From IMG/VR virus record IMGVR_UViG_3300045738_001464, positions 1 through 59,968 of that record: a stretch of 59,968 nucleotides of DNA. One strand, given 5' to 3'. Both the position numbers and the translations under genes were made by a program. The notes under the pieces are model-generated. The model was not told where the DNA came from and made no database searches. It saw only the letters and a list, made by a program, of their open reading frames with translations. Below, one piece after another: positions 35,611-45,635 of the stretch; the stretch's first letter is position 1, and each line of letters begins with the position of its first letter. Origin of the DNA: a virus. Taxonomy: Duplodnaviria > Caudoviricetes.

Positions 35611-35638
35611 AAAAAACCCCGCATATTAAAATGCGGGG
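35611..35638 (-). terminator. Rho-independent terminator
   Basis: CCCCGCAT-6nt-ATGCGGGG followed by T6 on the minus strand. Confidence 0.8.
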
Positions 35639-35664
35639 CTTGGTCTAATTGGATTTTTAGATTG

Positions 35665-35865
35665 CTATTTCTTCTTTTCTTTAGTCGAAGAAGTGGGGGA
35701 TGTCGTCAGCTTAACCAGAGGCAAGGTTATGCTTACTCCATCAGTTGAGGCTGAAGCCCCAATCACTTTATCCTCGTTAGCCCCTGCTCCAAGAGCTACG
35801 GTACTCGTACAACCCGACGTTGCAAAAAGCAACGCCCCAATAGAAACGATTAGTAATGTTTTCAT
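35665..35865 (-). CDS. Small lipoprotein (o-spanin-like size)
   Basis: Signal peptide with lipobox TSGC. Confidence 0.65.
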   Translation of the reverse strand: MKTLLIVSIGALLFATSGCTSTVALGAGANEDKVIGASASTDGVSITLPLVKLTTSPTSSTKEKKK

Positions 35866-35906
35866 TCGGGCGAGAAGCTATACGAAATCTATCTTGCCGT
35901 CAAGGA

Positions 35907-36407
35907 TTATTTTTTTATTTTTTCAATCAAAAAAACTTTATCGATTATTGTGCATTTTCCGAAAAAATTCTCAAAATATGTATCTATGGGATAAACAGCC
36001 CAATGATATTCCAAGGTCATTGATTTGTGGATTAAAATTATAGCAATGTCTTTTTTGGCATCTAATACGCTAAGCGACTTTACTTCTCTCATTTTAAAAT
36101 TAGACAATTTTAGAATATGTTCTATCTCACTCCTAAAGGTAATCCCCCTTGCGCGAGAATCGAAAATCGAATAAAAAGTCCTATATGGATGTCCTCTTTT
36201 TTGTATTGCGTGGCTTATTACTTCTCTATTTGTATTTATGCTAAAATGCCTTAATATTTTTTCTAGAGCTATTGGACCGCAGCTATACACATGAGCGGGA
36301 TCTTTGTGTTGGTCTATTAAGGCTCTAACTTCTTTCCCTTCGGAAAAAGTTTGTATTGTACCACATCCAACGAAAAACAATATTAAAAAAATTAGTACAT
36401 TCTTCAT
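35907..36407 (-). CDS. Lipoprotein with papain-fold C39-like peptidase motifs
   Basis: Lipobox FVGC; SCGPIAL (catalytic Cys) and YHWAV (His); GTGTAA at 36419-36424. Confidence 0.65.
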   Translation of the reverse strand: MKNVLIFLILFFVGCGTIQTFSEGKEVRALIDQHKDPAHVYSCGPIALEKILRHFSINTNREVISHAIQKRGHPYRTFYSIFDSRARGITFRSEIEHILKLSNFKMREVKSLSVLDAKKDIAIILIHKSMTLEYHWAVYPIDTYFENFFGKCTIIDKVFLIEKIKK

Positions 36408-36449
36408 AACATTCTTTATTACACGAAAAGAATGCTATCGGATAATTTG

Positions 36450-36770
36450 TTATTTGGATTTATTTCGAATGCTTCTTTTGACAGCCATTCTCAGAGCAAT
36501 CATCATGACGACTACAATCATAGACCATACAACAAGACTTTTAAAATTTGCCTTGGGTTTCTCTTCAACCGCAGAAGGTAACGCGACAGCATGTTTATTT
36601 TTTGGGATTGCTGTTTCTTTTTTTTCTTCTTTCGTAATGCCTACGGCTTCCCCAATATTTTCTCCGATACTTTTTACAATAGTAATAGGAAGCTTTAAGA
36701 TCTTACATCCAGATAAAGGAATTAACATAGAGATTAAGGCTATGCAAAAAAATGTTTTTAGTTTTTTCAT
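36450..36770 (-). CDS. Lipoprotein with C-terminal transmembrane segment
   Basis: Lipobox LSGC; C-terminal LVVWSMIVVVMMIAL plus basic tail. Confidence 0.65.
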   Translation of the reverse strand: MKKLKTFFCIALISMLIPLSGCKILKLPITIVKSIGENIGEAVGITKEEKKETAIPKNKHAVALPSAVEEKPKANFKSLVVWSMIVVVMMIALRMAVKRSIRNKSK

Positions 36771-37375
36771 TTAGACCTTTTCTTAGCGGGTCTTTTTTTG
36801 GTGGATCTTTTTTTAGTTTTTGGCTTATTCTTTTTGCTCTTGGATATTGCCCTTACCGTATCATAAGCAAGATAAGCTATAATCAGAACTAGAATAACAA
36901 AAAAATAATACATAAATAATTCAAGCCAATTGATTTTCATTTCTTCTTCTTTTGGGTTGTTTGTTTTAACTTCGTCACTTGGTTCTCCTTTAGACGGGTT
37001 ATTCGTCACTGGTTTAGGAGGATTATTCGTAATTGGTAATACATTTACCAATGGAAAAAGAGATTCTGGTTTCTGATTTCGCGTTTCCGGCACGATAGGA
37101 ATTCCAATAGATGTATTTGGTTTTGCGCTTTCGAGCCCCTCCAAGGATTTTGGTTTGCTACGTGCAGATGACAATTTAACTGGAGGAGTAGCAACAGCTT
37201 TTGCGTTTTTAAATTTTTCTGATTCTTCTCTTTTGGCTTTCGATTCCTTATTCAGTTGTTCTCCCGTTTTCGGAGAAATAATTTTTCCAACAGAATGCTT
37301 ACTTATAGTAGTACCACCTGTCCTGCATCCAACACAGGCAATTAAAAAACAAATTGCAAATAATTTAAGCTTCAT
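36767..37375 (-). CDS. Lipoprotein with Pro-rich linker and C-terminal transmembrane segment (u-spanin-like topology)
   Basis: Lipobox CVGC; Pro/Lys-rich middle; TM FMYYFFVILVLIIAYLAY; basic tail. Confidence 0.6.
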   Translation of the reverse strand: MKLKLFAICFLIACVGCRTGGTTISKHSVGKIISPKTGEQLNKESKAKREESEKFKNAKAVATPPVKLSSARSKPKSLEGLESAKPNTSIGIPIVPETRNQKPESLFPLVNVLPITNNPPKPVTNNPSKGEPSDEVKTNNPKEEEMKINWLELFMYYFFVILVLIIAYLAYDTVRAISKSKKNKPKTKKRSTKKRPAKKRSK

Positions 37376-37691
37376 ACCTTTTGTTCCTTCTGTCTAATTC
37401 TTCTTTCATTTTCTTTAGCAAGTCCATTAGGACCTTATTATAAAGATCTAATTCGGTATTTTGTTTTATGAATTTATTGAGTAAATTTCGTTGTGCGTGA
37501 ATTAGGTCCCTCTGCTCTTTTATCGCGAGTCCATACTTTTCTATTGTAACCGCTTTTGTGATTTTGTGAATTGTAATTTCAGATGCTTGGGTTAAATTCA
37601 AAAATAAAGAAACAGAAAGCGCGATTCCTAAACTCATTTTAACGGCGAAATCCATGTTTATTTTTTTAAATAAATTTTTTATTTTTTTCAT
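37365..37691 (-). CDS. Membrane-anchored coiled-coil protein (i-spanin-like topology)
   Basis: N-terminal hydrophobic LGIALSVSLFLNL followed by a heptad-rich helix. Confidence 0.5.
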   Translation of the reverse strand: MKKIKNLFKKINMDFAVKMSLGIALSVSLFLNLTQASEITIHKITKAVTIEKYGLAIKEQRDLIHAQRNLLNKFIKQNTELDLYNKVLMDLLKKMKEELDRRNKRYEA

Positions 37692-38125
37692 GTCGATCCT
37701 TTTGCTGTTGCGTTGCCGAAATAAAAGCCTACGATTGCTGTAAGGGTGTGCCTTACTTCCGGAACCATTAAGTATCCTTTTAGCTCAACAAATAAAATTT
37801 CTGTCCCTCCGCCGAATAGTCCAAAAAACCATGTCGGATTTTCAGTTTCTATTTCCACTATGGTCGAATATCCGAATATAGATAAAAGAAATGGGGCCAA
37901 AATAACGGCAAATAATATCGAAGCAACAATTGCTCTACGTACCCATTTACCTACATCAACTGGAACTCTTTTCGCTGCCTTGTCAGCACTGTCGTCTTCT
38001 GCTTTTTTCCAGCCAATTGCCCTTTTGTAGATTTCATGACGTTCTTTTGCTCTTTCGGCTAAATACCTGAATATAAAGCCGACAATAGTACCACCGATCA
38101 TTGTGATGAGTTCCATTGAAAGCAT
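37688..38125 (-). CDS. Putative holin (3TM-holin-like)
   Basis: Several hydrophobic segments and C-terminal AIVGFYFG; GTGTAA at 38142-38147. Confidence 0.6.
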   Translation of the reverse strand: MLSMELITMIGGTIVGFIFRYLAERAKERHEIYKRAIGWKKAEDDSADKAAKRVPVDVGKWVRRAIVASILFAVILAPFLLSIFGYSTIVEIETENPTWFFGLFGGGTEILFVELKGYLMVPEVRHTLTAIVGFYFGNATAKGST

Positions 38126-38148
38126 AACGTCTTACATATACTTACACC

Positions 38149-38180
38149 AAAAAAGCCGCACAGTTATTCACCATGCGGCT
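38149..38180 (-). terminator. Terminator-like hairpin after the tubulin gene
   Basis: AGCCGCA...TGCGGCT followed by a T-tract on the minus strand. Confidence 0.65.
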
Positions 38181-38204
38181 TCGATATATGTTTTAGTATT
38201 ATAT

Positions 38205-39386
38205 TTAGGTCAAATCACCTAATTTTTTTAATTCTTTTAACTTATCGCTTGGTTTATCCAAACCACCAATTGCTGTATATACCGTAAGGTTAGGCTTGTC
38301 TCCGCTGTATATTCCTCTATGAACAACATTTCCAGCTTTCAACATTCTGCATAATTGGTCAAAACCTTGATCGAGCGCAGTTTGCTGAATATTATCAAGT
38401 TGCTCCTTTCCCCCTACTATAATAGCTCCCGCGCAAGTGCCTGTTGACAAATCAATACCACCAGATAAAAGACCGCTTTTGAAGTTGTCTCTTATAGCTC
38501 TTGAAATGTTAACGGGGTCTTTCCAGTTTTCCACTGGGGCAGCGCCAAAGACCATCATGCCGGAATCTAAGATTGACTTATAATCACTAGCATCAAAAGA
38601 GGAATATGAACTATCTCTTGCTGCTGTTAAATTAAACAAGTGAAACAATCCAGCCATGCTCATATTTGCTGTCTGCCAAAAATTGGAAACCACGAGATTG
38701 GGATAAACTTTTCCGATTCTTTCATTATCTATCACGACAAGAGGAGAAACGATTCCATCCTTAACTAAATTATATACAGCATTCAAACAATGGAAAGAAT
38801 TTGCGTTTACCTTTCTTCCTTCTGAAAATTTTGGAAGAGCTAAGATGACTCCTACTTTTTTAGTAGAGCAGCCGAGTGTCTCTTGTAATTCTTTTGCTGC
38901 GTGAATCAATGGAACCACCGTTCCTCCACCAGTCCCACCACCCGCACCCGCGCAAATCATAATCCTATCTAACTGTTCGCCAAAGGAGTAACGCATGAAA
39001 TCGATAACGTCATCTCTTCTTTCGGCAAAAACCTTAGCTGCGTATTTAGGGTCTTTACCCGCACCACCTTCTCCGATGCATAATTTATTATTCAGGTTAA
39101 CAGTATTTAAATCTTGTTCTGCTGTATTAAGAACAGCAACTTTTCTATATCCCAATTGATGGAATGTTTCCGCGATACGAGATCCGCCTTGTCCAGACCC
39201 AACAAAAGCAAATTTATAGGCTACTTCAATTTCATCCTCAATTTCTTTTACCTGCTCGGGTTCTGGGCTCGGCATGGGTATGTCAGGTAATGAAATATCA
39301 AATCCATCAGGATTCATATATTCATTAACTCCTTGACCAATTGGTTTATCTTGGTTTTCGAGATTCTCTTGATTTTCTTCGCTCAT
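38205..39386 (-). CDS. Tubulin/FtsZ-family GTPase (phage tubulin-like)
   Basis: VGSGQGGSRIA, LNTA, GGAGKD, signature GAGGGTGGG, IDNE, FDASDY; GTGTAA at 39401-39406. Confidence 0.9.
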   Translation of the reverse strand: MSEENQENLENQDKPIGQGVNEYMNPDGFDISLPDIPMPSPEPEQVKEIEDEIEVAYKFAFVGSGQGGSRIAETFHQLGYRKVAVLNTAEQDLNTVNLNNKLCIGEGGAGKDPKYAAKVFAERRDDVIDFMRYSFGEQLDRIMICAGAGGGTGGGTVVPLIHAAKELQETLGCSTKKVGVILALPKFSEGRKVNANSFHCLNAVYNLVKDGIVSPLVVIDNERIGKVYPNLVVSNFWQTANMSMAGLFHLFNLTAARDSSYSSFDASDYKSILDSGMMVFGAAPVENWKDPVNISRAIRDNFKSGLLSGGIDLSTGTCAGAIIVGGKEQLDNIQQTALDQGFDQLCRMLKAGNVVHRGIYSGDKPNLTVYTAIGGLDKPSDKLKELKKLGDLT

Positions 39387-39406
39387 AGTCTTTTCCTTTA
39401 TTACAC

Positions 39407-40705
39407 CTAGAAATTATACCCGGAGAAAGTTGCCCCTGACTCTATTGTCCTTCCGCTAATGAAAAGGCCCTTTCCTGAGACCGTATCTGCCACATCAGTA
39501 CTAAACTCCATTGTAAGTTCCGCTCTTTCGTTGACTACAGCCCCAAGACTTATTGAGTCTACATCACATTGATATAAATCATATTGAAGTACAACGGATG
39601 GATCAATTACCCCAGTGCAGACTATCCAAGGAGAAGCGTTTCTTGCTTTAAAGAATATATCATATTTATAATCATTAAAAAATAAATTTCTTAATTCTCC
39701 TGTTTTTGAACTGGCGACCAATGCGGTAAAATTAGCCCCAACTTTAATTGGGTATTTTATTGGCTTATCTACCGGAAGCTTATGCCCTATCCCTATAATT
39801 TCTCTTCTATTAAAATCGACAGTAAACGATGCGCTTTGAACGTGTAGGTCTTCGAGATTGAAACCTATGTCTTCTATATCAGATCGATCTTCCCCGTAAC
39901 CAGTGGCTTGAATAACCAAATCTAAATCAGTAGTTAAAAGTGGTTTTCTAGCGCCCGTGATATTGGAACCACTCGCTTCTCCCCTTAAAATTGGTATCTT
40001 AAAAATATTATCATTAATATTATTGAATCCCGTTGTATCAATTGAAGGAATTATTCCCGAACCACTATTGTAAAAATTTACATTGTGGCAAACATAAGAG
40101 ACACTGGACCTAACAAGATCTTGGATATTGAATTCAGTAGAGTAACTATTGATATAGCAATCTCCGAAAGCCAAGGTACTGATTTCATTAAATTCGTTTT
40201 CAGGTAAATTTCTTAAATCCATTCCTCGTTTTCCATTCACGAAAAACAAATTTCTTCTGTCTCTATCTTCGAATGGCCAATTACCCCCTTCGGGATAAGC
40301 TTGTGTTGTTTCTCTAGACGTAAACCCCTTGAAACAAAAAACTCCTGTATTGTGTTCGTAATATGGTTGTTTATATTGGAACCCCGTTGGGAAATTAGGA
40401 TTGAAGCCCATTCTTATTTCGTTTCTTAGATCATATGCCATGTATTGGAAACTCAGATCTACAAGCGGAGGGGTTATTTGTGGTCTAGATACTAATTCTC
40501 TTCGCCCAAGCTCAGATACATCTTGCCTTTGTGTGTTGATATTATATTCGAATTGCGTAAGCCCATTGAGTTGTTTGATTAGATTGTGAGTTCCATCAGA
40601 ACTGCCAGTAAGATCTCCGTAACTATTTACGAAGTGATACCCAGACGATGGAGAAGGCCCAACGAATAACGCCTGTTCATTAGATCTAATCGTATATTCA
40701 GGCAT
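39407..40705 (-). CDS. Tail-tube-like protein, paralog of 12801-14156
   Basis: QALFVGPSPSSG vs EAVYVGPSPAVSG; RQDVSELG vs RTDINQFG; KGLFISG vs QGLFMSG. Confidence 0.7.
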   Translation of the reverse strand: MPEYTIRSNEQALFVGPSPSSGYHFVNSYGDLTGSSDGTHNLIKQLNGLTQFEYNINTQRQDVSELGRRELVSRPQITPPLVDLSFQYMAYDLRNEIRMGFNPNFPTGFQYKQPYYEHNTGVFCFKGFTSRETTQAYPEGGNWPFEDRDRRNLFFVNGKRGMDLRNLPENEFNEISTLAFGDCYINSYSTEFNIQDLVRSSVSYVCHNVNFYNSGSGIIPSIDTTGFNNINDNIFKIPILRGEASGSNITGARKPLLTTDLDLVIQATGYGEDRSDIEDIGFNLEDLHVQSASFTVDFNRREIIGIGHKLPVDKPIKYPIKVGANFTALVASSKTGELRNLFFNDYKYDIFFKARNASPWIVCTGVIDPSVVLQYDLYQCDVDSISLGAVVNERAELTMEFSTDVADTVSGKGLFISGRTIESGATFSGYNF

Positions 40706-42662
40706 CTTTCTTTACCTCACTAGCATATAGGATGCTCGCAAGATAAGAATCCACCTGATAATCATAAGCTATACTATGAATCCTTTTGATAGCTTCTGAA
40801 TTTGTATCTGCTGGTGACTTAATGTACTTTCTGATGGTTCTTACCTTGTTCCAATTAGACGGAATTTCGTTAGCAACTATTATTTCACAAAGTTTATTTA
40901 CAACTTCCTTTTGCTTTCCGTCAAGTTCTTTGAGCTTATGTATTTTCTTTAGTTCTGCTTCGACTTTATCCTGAAGTTTAGAAGCCAATGCTAAGTTTTC
41001 TTTTACAGCCTTGAAAGCAAATAACAAAGTAGATTTGGCTCTTGATTGTTTTTCTCCAATTTTTCCGGGTTCTCTATTCGGTTGTGGCACACCCGTTACT
41101 TGAGGAGGTCTGCCATCTTTGTCTTTTCCCTTGTCGTTAGAATCACCAACGTCTTTACTGCCTCCGATAAGGGGTTCATATAGCCCTTCGTCCTTAAGGG
41201 TTTTGAATTTTCTTTGAGACTCTACTGAAGCATCATAATCTGGCAATTTATTATTTTGAATTGCATCAAACCCTTCTTCTGGAGTGAGCAAACCAAGCTC
41301 CATCATTCTGCCATAAATTCTTTGAGTATTGTAATTATTCTTTAGTGGAATGTCTTCAAATACGGGAGTAGGATAAGATTTAAATCCCAAAGATTTTGCA
41401 ATCCTTTTGATTTCTATATTAAGGAAACTATGAAGAAAGGCTTCTCGACCCTGTTTTAGTCTGGCCATAAAAACTTCTACTTTGGTTTGCTGATTCGCAA
41501 ACTTTTCCCCGCCTACTAAAACATTATTTAATCCTTCGTTGATATCTCTGTCAATTACTTCATATTTTTTAGGATCGAGTAAATCTGCAATATCAGGAAT
41601 AACAAATTTGGCATCTGTCGTGTAATCGGAAATCAAGACCCTCCCAACAGATTCATTTTCAAAAAGTTTTTGCATCGCCTCTAAATTCTTTTGATTTATA
41701 CCTCCTTTTTCTGGTTCCGTTCCCATTGTTACTAAAAGAATAGCCTGATGGGTTGTTCTTGTTATCGCCATATCCATTTTTCTCATTTCGGCTTTGGCAT
41801 TAATGGATTCCAATACAGGCCACCCCATAGGAACAGCTAACGGCTCATAATCTTGCTTTTTATAAAAAACCGATAAGGTTTTTTCTGGATTTAGCTCTAT
41901 TCTTATAGAGTGGACATTCTTATCTTTTATTTGTTTTCGCACCTCGGGGGAAAGAGTGCTAAGGATTTCGAAATCTTCTGTGGTTTTCGGACTCCTCAAT
42001 CTCATCAGTTCATAATCCGAAAGTATTTTGTAGAATTTATTTCGCACAAAAGAAATATTACCCCCTGCCTGAATATCGGCAGGATTTAAAATGATATATC
42101 TGGAAGGAAGGGTAACGTCTTCACCAGCGCTTAAAGAGTCTGAGATTTTCTTACCCAAGCCAAAAGACCTAGCAATTTTCACTACGTCAGCTTTTCTAAT
42201 TTTATTGTCGAATCTGTGGATAAAAACATTGCCGGATCTATAATACTCACGAAAGAATTTTTCTTGTAGGCTCCAAATGTCGAATTTTTTGAAAAGAGCC
42301 ATGAAAAAATCACGAGACTTTTTAGTCCCCCCCGTAAGAAAAATATCTGCAATTGAAAATTCAGTCATTAAATCAATGACGTTACGAAAAATGGCAAAAT
42401 TATAATAAGCCTTTTGACAAAGAATTACGGCATCTCTTACATCAAAATTTTGGTTAGTTCCTTTGTAGTAACCAGCTAAAGTATAATTAAATGGAAGTAA
42501 CCCATCTTCAATATTCTTAAACCTACTAGTTCTTTCGAGATACGATGATGCATTTCTTCTGGTCCGAGTGGTTTTTGCAGCTTTCGAATAAGCTAGAGTC
42601 TCCTCCATTCCAGCCATCAATGGTTCTATTTCGCTGTTTTCTGGTTTCTTTTTTGCTGGCAT
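40698..42662 (-). CDS. Portal protein
   Basis: Directly after terminase; AYYNFAIFRNVIDLMTEF, FREYYRSGNVF; GTGTAA at 42678-42683. Confidence 0.8.
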   Translation of the reverse strand: MPAKKKPENSEIEPLMAGMEETLAYSKAAKTTRTRRNASSYLERTSRFKNIEDGLLPFNYTLAGYYKGTNQNFDVRDAVILCQKAYYNFAIFRNVIDLMTEFSIADIFLTGGTKKSRDFFMALFKKFDIWSLQEKFFREYYRSGNVFIHRFDNKIRKADVVKIARSFGLGKKISDSLSAGEDVTLPSRYIILNPADIQAGGNISFVRNKFYKILSDYELMRLRSPKTTEDFEILSTLSPEVRKQIKDKNVHSIRIELNPEKTLSVFYKKQDYEPLAVPMGWPVLESINAKAEMRKMDMAITRTTHQAILLVTMGTEPEKGGINQKNLEAMQKLFENESVGRVLISDYTTDAKFVIPDIADLLDPKKYEVIDRDINEGLNNVLVGGEKFANQQTKVEVFMARLKQGREAFLHSFLNIEIKRIAKSLGFKSYPTPVFEDIPLKNNYNTQRIYGRMMELGLLTPEEGFDAIQNNKLPDYDASVESQRKFKTLKDEGLYEPLIGGSKDVGDSNDKGKDKDGRPPQVTGVPQPNREPGKIGEKQSRAKSTLLFAFKAVKENLALASKLQDKVEAELKKIHKLKELDGKQKEVVNKLCEIIVANEIPSNWNKVRTIRKYIKSPADTNSEAIKRIHSIAYDYQVDSYLASILYASEVKKDA

Positions 42663-42684
42663 AACAATTTATAGGAATTACACG

Positions 42685-44514
42685 TTATTTGATTACAATA
42701 GGGGTAAAAGTATGGGATATGTCTTCTACCTTTAATTTTTTCATATCATAATAGCATTTTGTGGCCCAAACGGCCAACATAAGAGTTGTATAATTATCCT
42801 TCCTAGCCCGAAGTGAAGAAGTACTTCTTTTTAAGTGCGCTGGCAAGTCAAAAGTTTGGGTTCCTTTTGCGGTAGATTTAACTTCGATCAATGCACATTG
42901 TTTTTTCGTTTGGTGGATAAGAGAATCTTGGGTTTCTATGAAATCCAAAATATTTATTTCGTTAACCAAACCCAATTTTACCCTTGTCGAAGAAAATCCA
43001 CCGAAAGACGTATTATGCGCCACTGTTCTTGAGGCAAACCATAATCTTTTATGATCTATGCTGGCCTGAAGATGTTCATTAGCTTTCCTAAGCCACTCGC
43101 TACTGAAAATTTGTTTGAAACAAATATAGCCACCGCCTTTATTGTAGAGTCTCTTCAGGTTCTTTAATTCTTTTGTATAGTCTTCTCCATCTTTGTTGCT
43201 ATCAAAATCTATGAAATTAATTTGCTTGTGAATGTCTTTAAAAAATTTAGATTCGTTAGCACTGTCTATGAATTGATATCCGGCGTTATCAATAACAACC
43301 ATTTCTAAATTAAAATTTTGGACCACATGGGATAAATATTGAATGTGGTCTTTTAGGTTCCCTCCTGCTACAGCGTAACTATGGACAAGTGTCGTAGATT
43401 CGTTTTCTTCATCCAAATTTAATATGGACATGGCAAAATAATCAGAACTAGGACTGTTTGAAAACGAAGGATCAATTGCTAATATATATTTCTCTCCTTT
43501 TTTTCCTATTATTTGAGAAGTGGGATCTTCTCCATCTGGTATTGTGCATTCGTGCATTTTCTTAGCACTGAAATAAGAATCACTACCGTCTGTGAACTGG
43601 GCACAATATTCCCGAACGAATGAGGAATGAGATTGGCCACCATTTTGAGCTTCCTCAATAATGGTATGATCTATCATCTCTTCCGGAAGAGCTTCGTAGC
43701 CCAATTGAGATACAAAATATTTACCGTCTGTTTCTTCTTTGGAATAGATTTTTTCCACCCACTCTTTGTAAACTCTGTATAGATTTTCGAATGTATAACT
43801 AGCAGAAGATAAGCCAATTAGTTTGGAATCGTTTTCGAAAACCATACGATCCTCTTCCTTCATTTTTCCTTCTCTTATTAGGCTTGCTTCTATTTCCCTT
43901 ATCTCTAGCCTCTCTTTCATATTTTGTGGAGCGACAAGAAAAGGCATTAGAACATTGCTAATTATATCTTCAGGAATCAACAGGTACTCATCAAGGACTA
44001 ATACGTTAGCGCGAAAACCACGAATCTTTTCGCCATTAAGAGGAATGGCTGTAATCGAACCCCCATTGATTTGCCATTCGAATTGATCATTTCGTTTCGA
44101 CTTGGCTCCAAACGCCTGAGCAAGAAGCTCAGCGCCCTTGGATGCAACTATACTTTCCAAATTATTGAAAATAAAACGTGCAGTACGAAAGGTCGGCCCA
44201 GCTATAAGAATTTTAGTCCCCGGTTCAAAAATGCACTGCAAGAAACAAAATACCGAAGCAATAAAAGTTTTCCCACAACCACGACCCCATACGCACATGG
44301 AAAAGTTTCTATTGAGCATTCCCTTTAATGTAATCTCTTGATAAGGAGCGAGCTTAATTCCAGAAAGCAATTCCGTTGTTATTCCAATATTGCTCCTCAA
44401 AAATCTAGCTAGGGATATTTTACTCTGCTTGCTTGTAAGTTCTCCCTTTAATTCAAGAAACTCCTGATTAAGATTAGGTATATCTTGTTTATATTTTTCC
44501 GGAAAATACCACAT
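42685..44514 (-). CDS. terL: Terminase large subunit
   Basis: LAPYQ, GRGCGKT (Walker A), IRGFRANVLVLDE (Walker B), REYCAQF, ILAIDP (RNase H-like nuclease). Confidence 0.92.
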   Translation of the reverse strand: MWYFPEKYKQDIPNLNQEFLELKGELTSKQSKISLARFLRSNIGITTELLSGIKLAPYQEITLKGMLNRNFSMCVWGRGCGKTFIASVFCFLQCIFEPGTKILIAGPTFRTARFIFNNLESIVASKGAELLAQAFGAKSKRNDQFEWQINGGSITAIPLNGEKIRGFRANVLVLDEYLLIPEDIISNVLMPFLVAPQNMKERLEIREIEASLIREGKMKEEDRMVFENDSKLIGLSSASYTFENLYRVYKEWVEKIYSKEETDGKYFVSQLGYEALPEEMIDHTIIEEAQNGGQSHSSFVREYCAQFTDGSDSYFSAKKMHECTIPDGEDPTSQIIGKKGEKYILAIDPSFSNSPSSDYFAMSILNLDEENESTTLVHSYAVAGGNLKDHIQYLSHVVQNFNLEMVVIDNAGYQFIDSANESKFFKDIHKQINFIDFDSNKDGEDYTKELKNLKRLYNKGGGYICFKQIFSSEWLRKANEHLQASIDHKRLWFASRTVAHNTSFGGFSSTRVKLGLVNEINILDFIETQDSLIHQTKKQCALIEVKSTAKGTQTFDLPAHLKRSTSSLRARKDNYTTLMLAVWATKCYYDMKKLKVEDISHTFTPIVIK

Positions 44515-45635
44515 TAAGATACAAGTTTAAGTTTTTTAAGATTCTCATTGAATTTGTCATAAGGCACATCCTCATATGTTAAACTCTTAAGATAATAAGT
44601 ATAATAGTCTCTGTGTTCATCTTTTTTGCCATCAAATACTCCCTCTGCCATTAAAGCTGCAACAGACGAGATAGGGAAAGCCGTAGCTTTTTGCATTGCG
44701 CTAAAATTTTCATCTGGTTTGATTAGTTTTTCTTCGTTCCAAGTTTTGTTGCCCTTGTGGACTTTGGCGATAACAATAACTTCATCTTTTTCTGCGTAGC
44801 CGCAACCAGTAACAAAAATTTGCTCTAAGGCGTGATCGTCTAAACCACAATCCCTAATTAAAAACTTTACTATGTCGCAATGCCCTTTGTACCTAAGGGT
44901 TTTGTAAGAACAATTTTTTACCCCCTTTTTTTTCATTGACTCTAGAGTATGAGAGGCTCCACCGCTGGTATAAAAAGCTTCCAGAACACCGAGACTTTCT
45001 GTTTTTACGGTTTCTAAACCAGACATACCCCCAACTAATTTTGTTTCTCCATCAAAAAGAATTAAACAGTCATCTTTGTACTCATTAATTAGTCCGTCAA
45101 TTGACCAAGTAATACCATACCTTAAGGGGTTTTTATTGCTTTCGAGATAATCTGGCAAACCACCAACCATCATTTCGACAGAAATTATCTCTGCGCCACC
45201 ATATAACTTTCGATAACCTTCTTCCGCTAGAATATTTACCCATCCCGGTGCAAGGCCAAGATCAGTAAATACGGGTTTAGTAGCATGTCGTTTTGCATCA
45301 TCATTGATGCCCTTAGAAACGTCAACACGCCCCCCCAAATCACAATAACGAAGTTCGTTAGCTATGCACCAGTACGCCATTTCTTCTGTTTGATGGTACG
45401 GAAGGCTACTGATAACGATGTCGGGCTTTTCAAAGACCAATACATTTTCCATACATTTGTCTGCATCATTTTGGTCTGTCAAATAAAATGCTCCATCGGG
45501 ACCACCTACGTATTTTCTAAAATTTTCGGCTGTATGTTCATTTGAATCTGCACCGACGACATAGAACCCCAGCTTATGCATAGCATAGCATATGGCTGTG
45601 CCCATTTTACCTATGCCTAAAACCGCCGCTTTCAT
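44514..45635 (-). CDS. Saccharopine dehydrogenase-like oxidoreductase, lysine 6-dehydrogenase type
   Basis: GIGKMG Rossmann motif, SSLPY, YCDLGG, DLGLAPG, VGGLP, WSIDGLINEY, EAFYTSGG, YKTLRYKGH. Confidence 0.85.
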   Translation of the reverse strand: MKAAVLGIGKMGTAICYAMHKLGFYVVGADSNEHTAENFRKYVGGPDGAFYLTDQNDADKCMENVLVFEKPDIVISSLPYHQTEEMAYWCIANELRYCDLGGRVDVSKGINDDAKRHATKPVFTDLGLAPGWVNILAEEGYRKLYGGAEIISVEMMVGGLPDYLESNKNPLRYGITWSIDGLINEYKDDCLILFDGETKLVGGMSGLETVKTESLGVLEAFYTSGGASHTLESMKKKGVKNCSYKTLRYKGHCDIVKFLIRDCGLDDHALEQIFVTGCGYAEKDEVIVIAKVHKGNKTWNEEKLIKPDENFSAMQKATAFPISSVAALMAEGVFDGKKDEHRDYYTYYLKSLTYEDVPYDKFNENLKKLKLVS

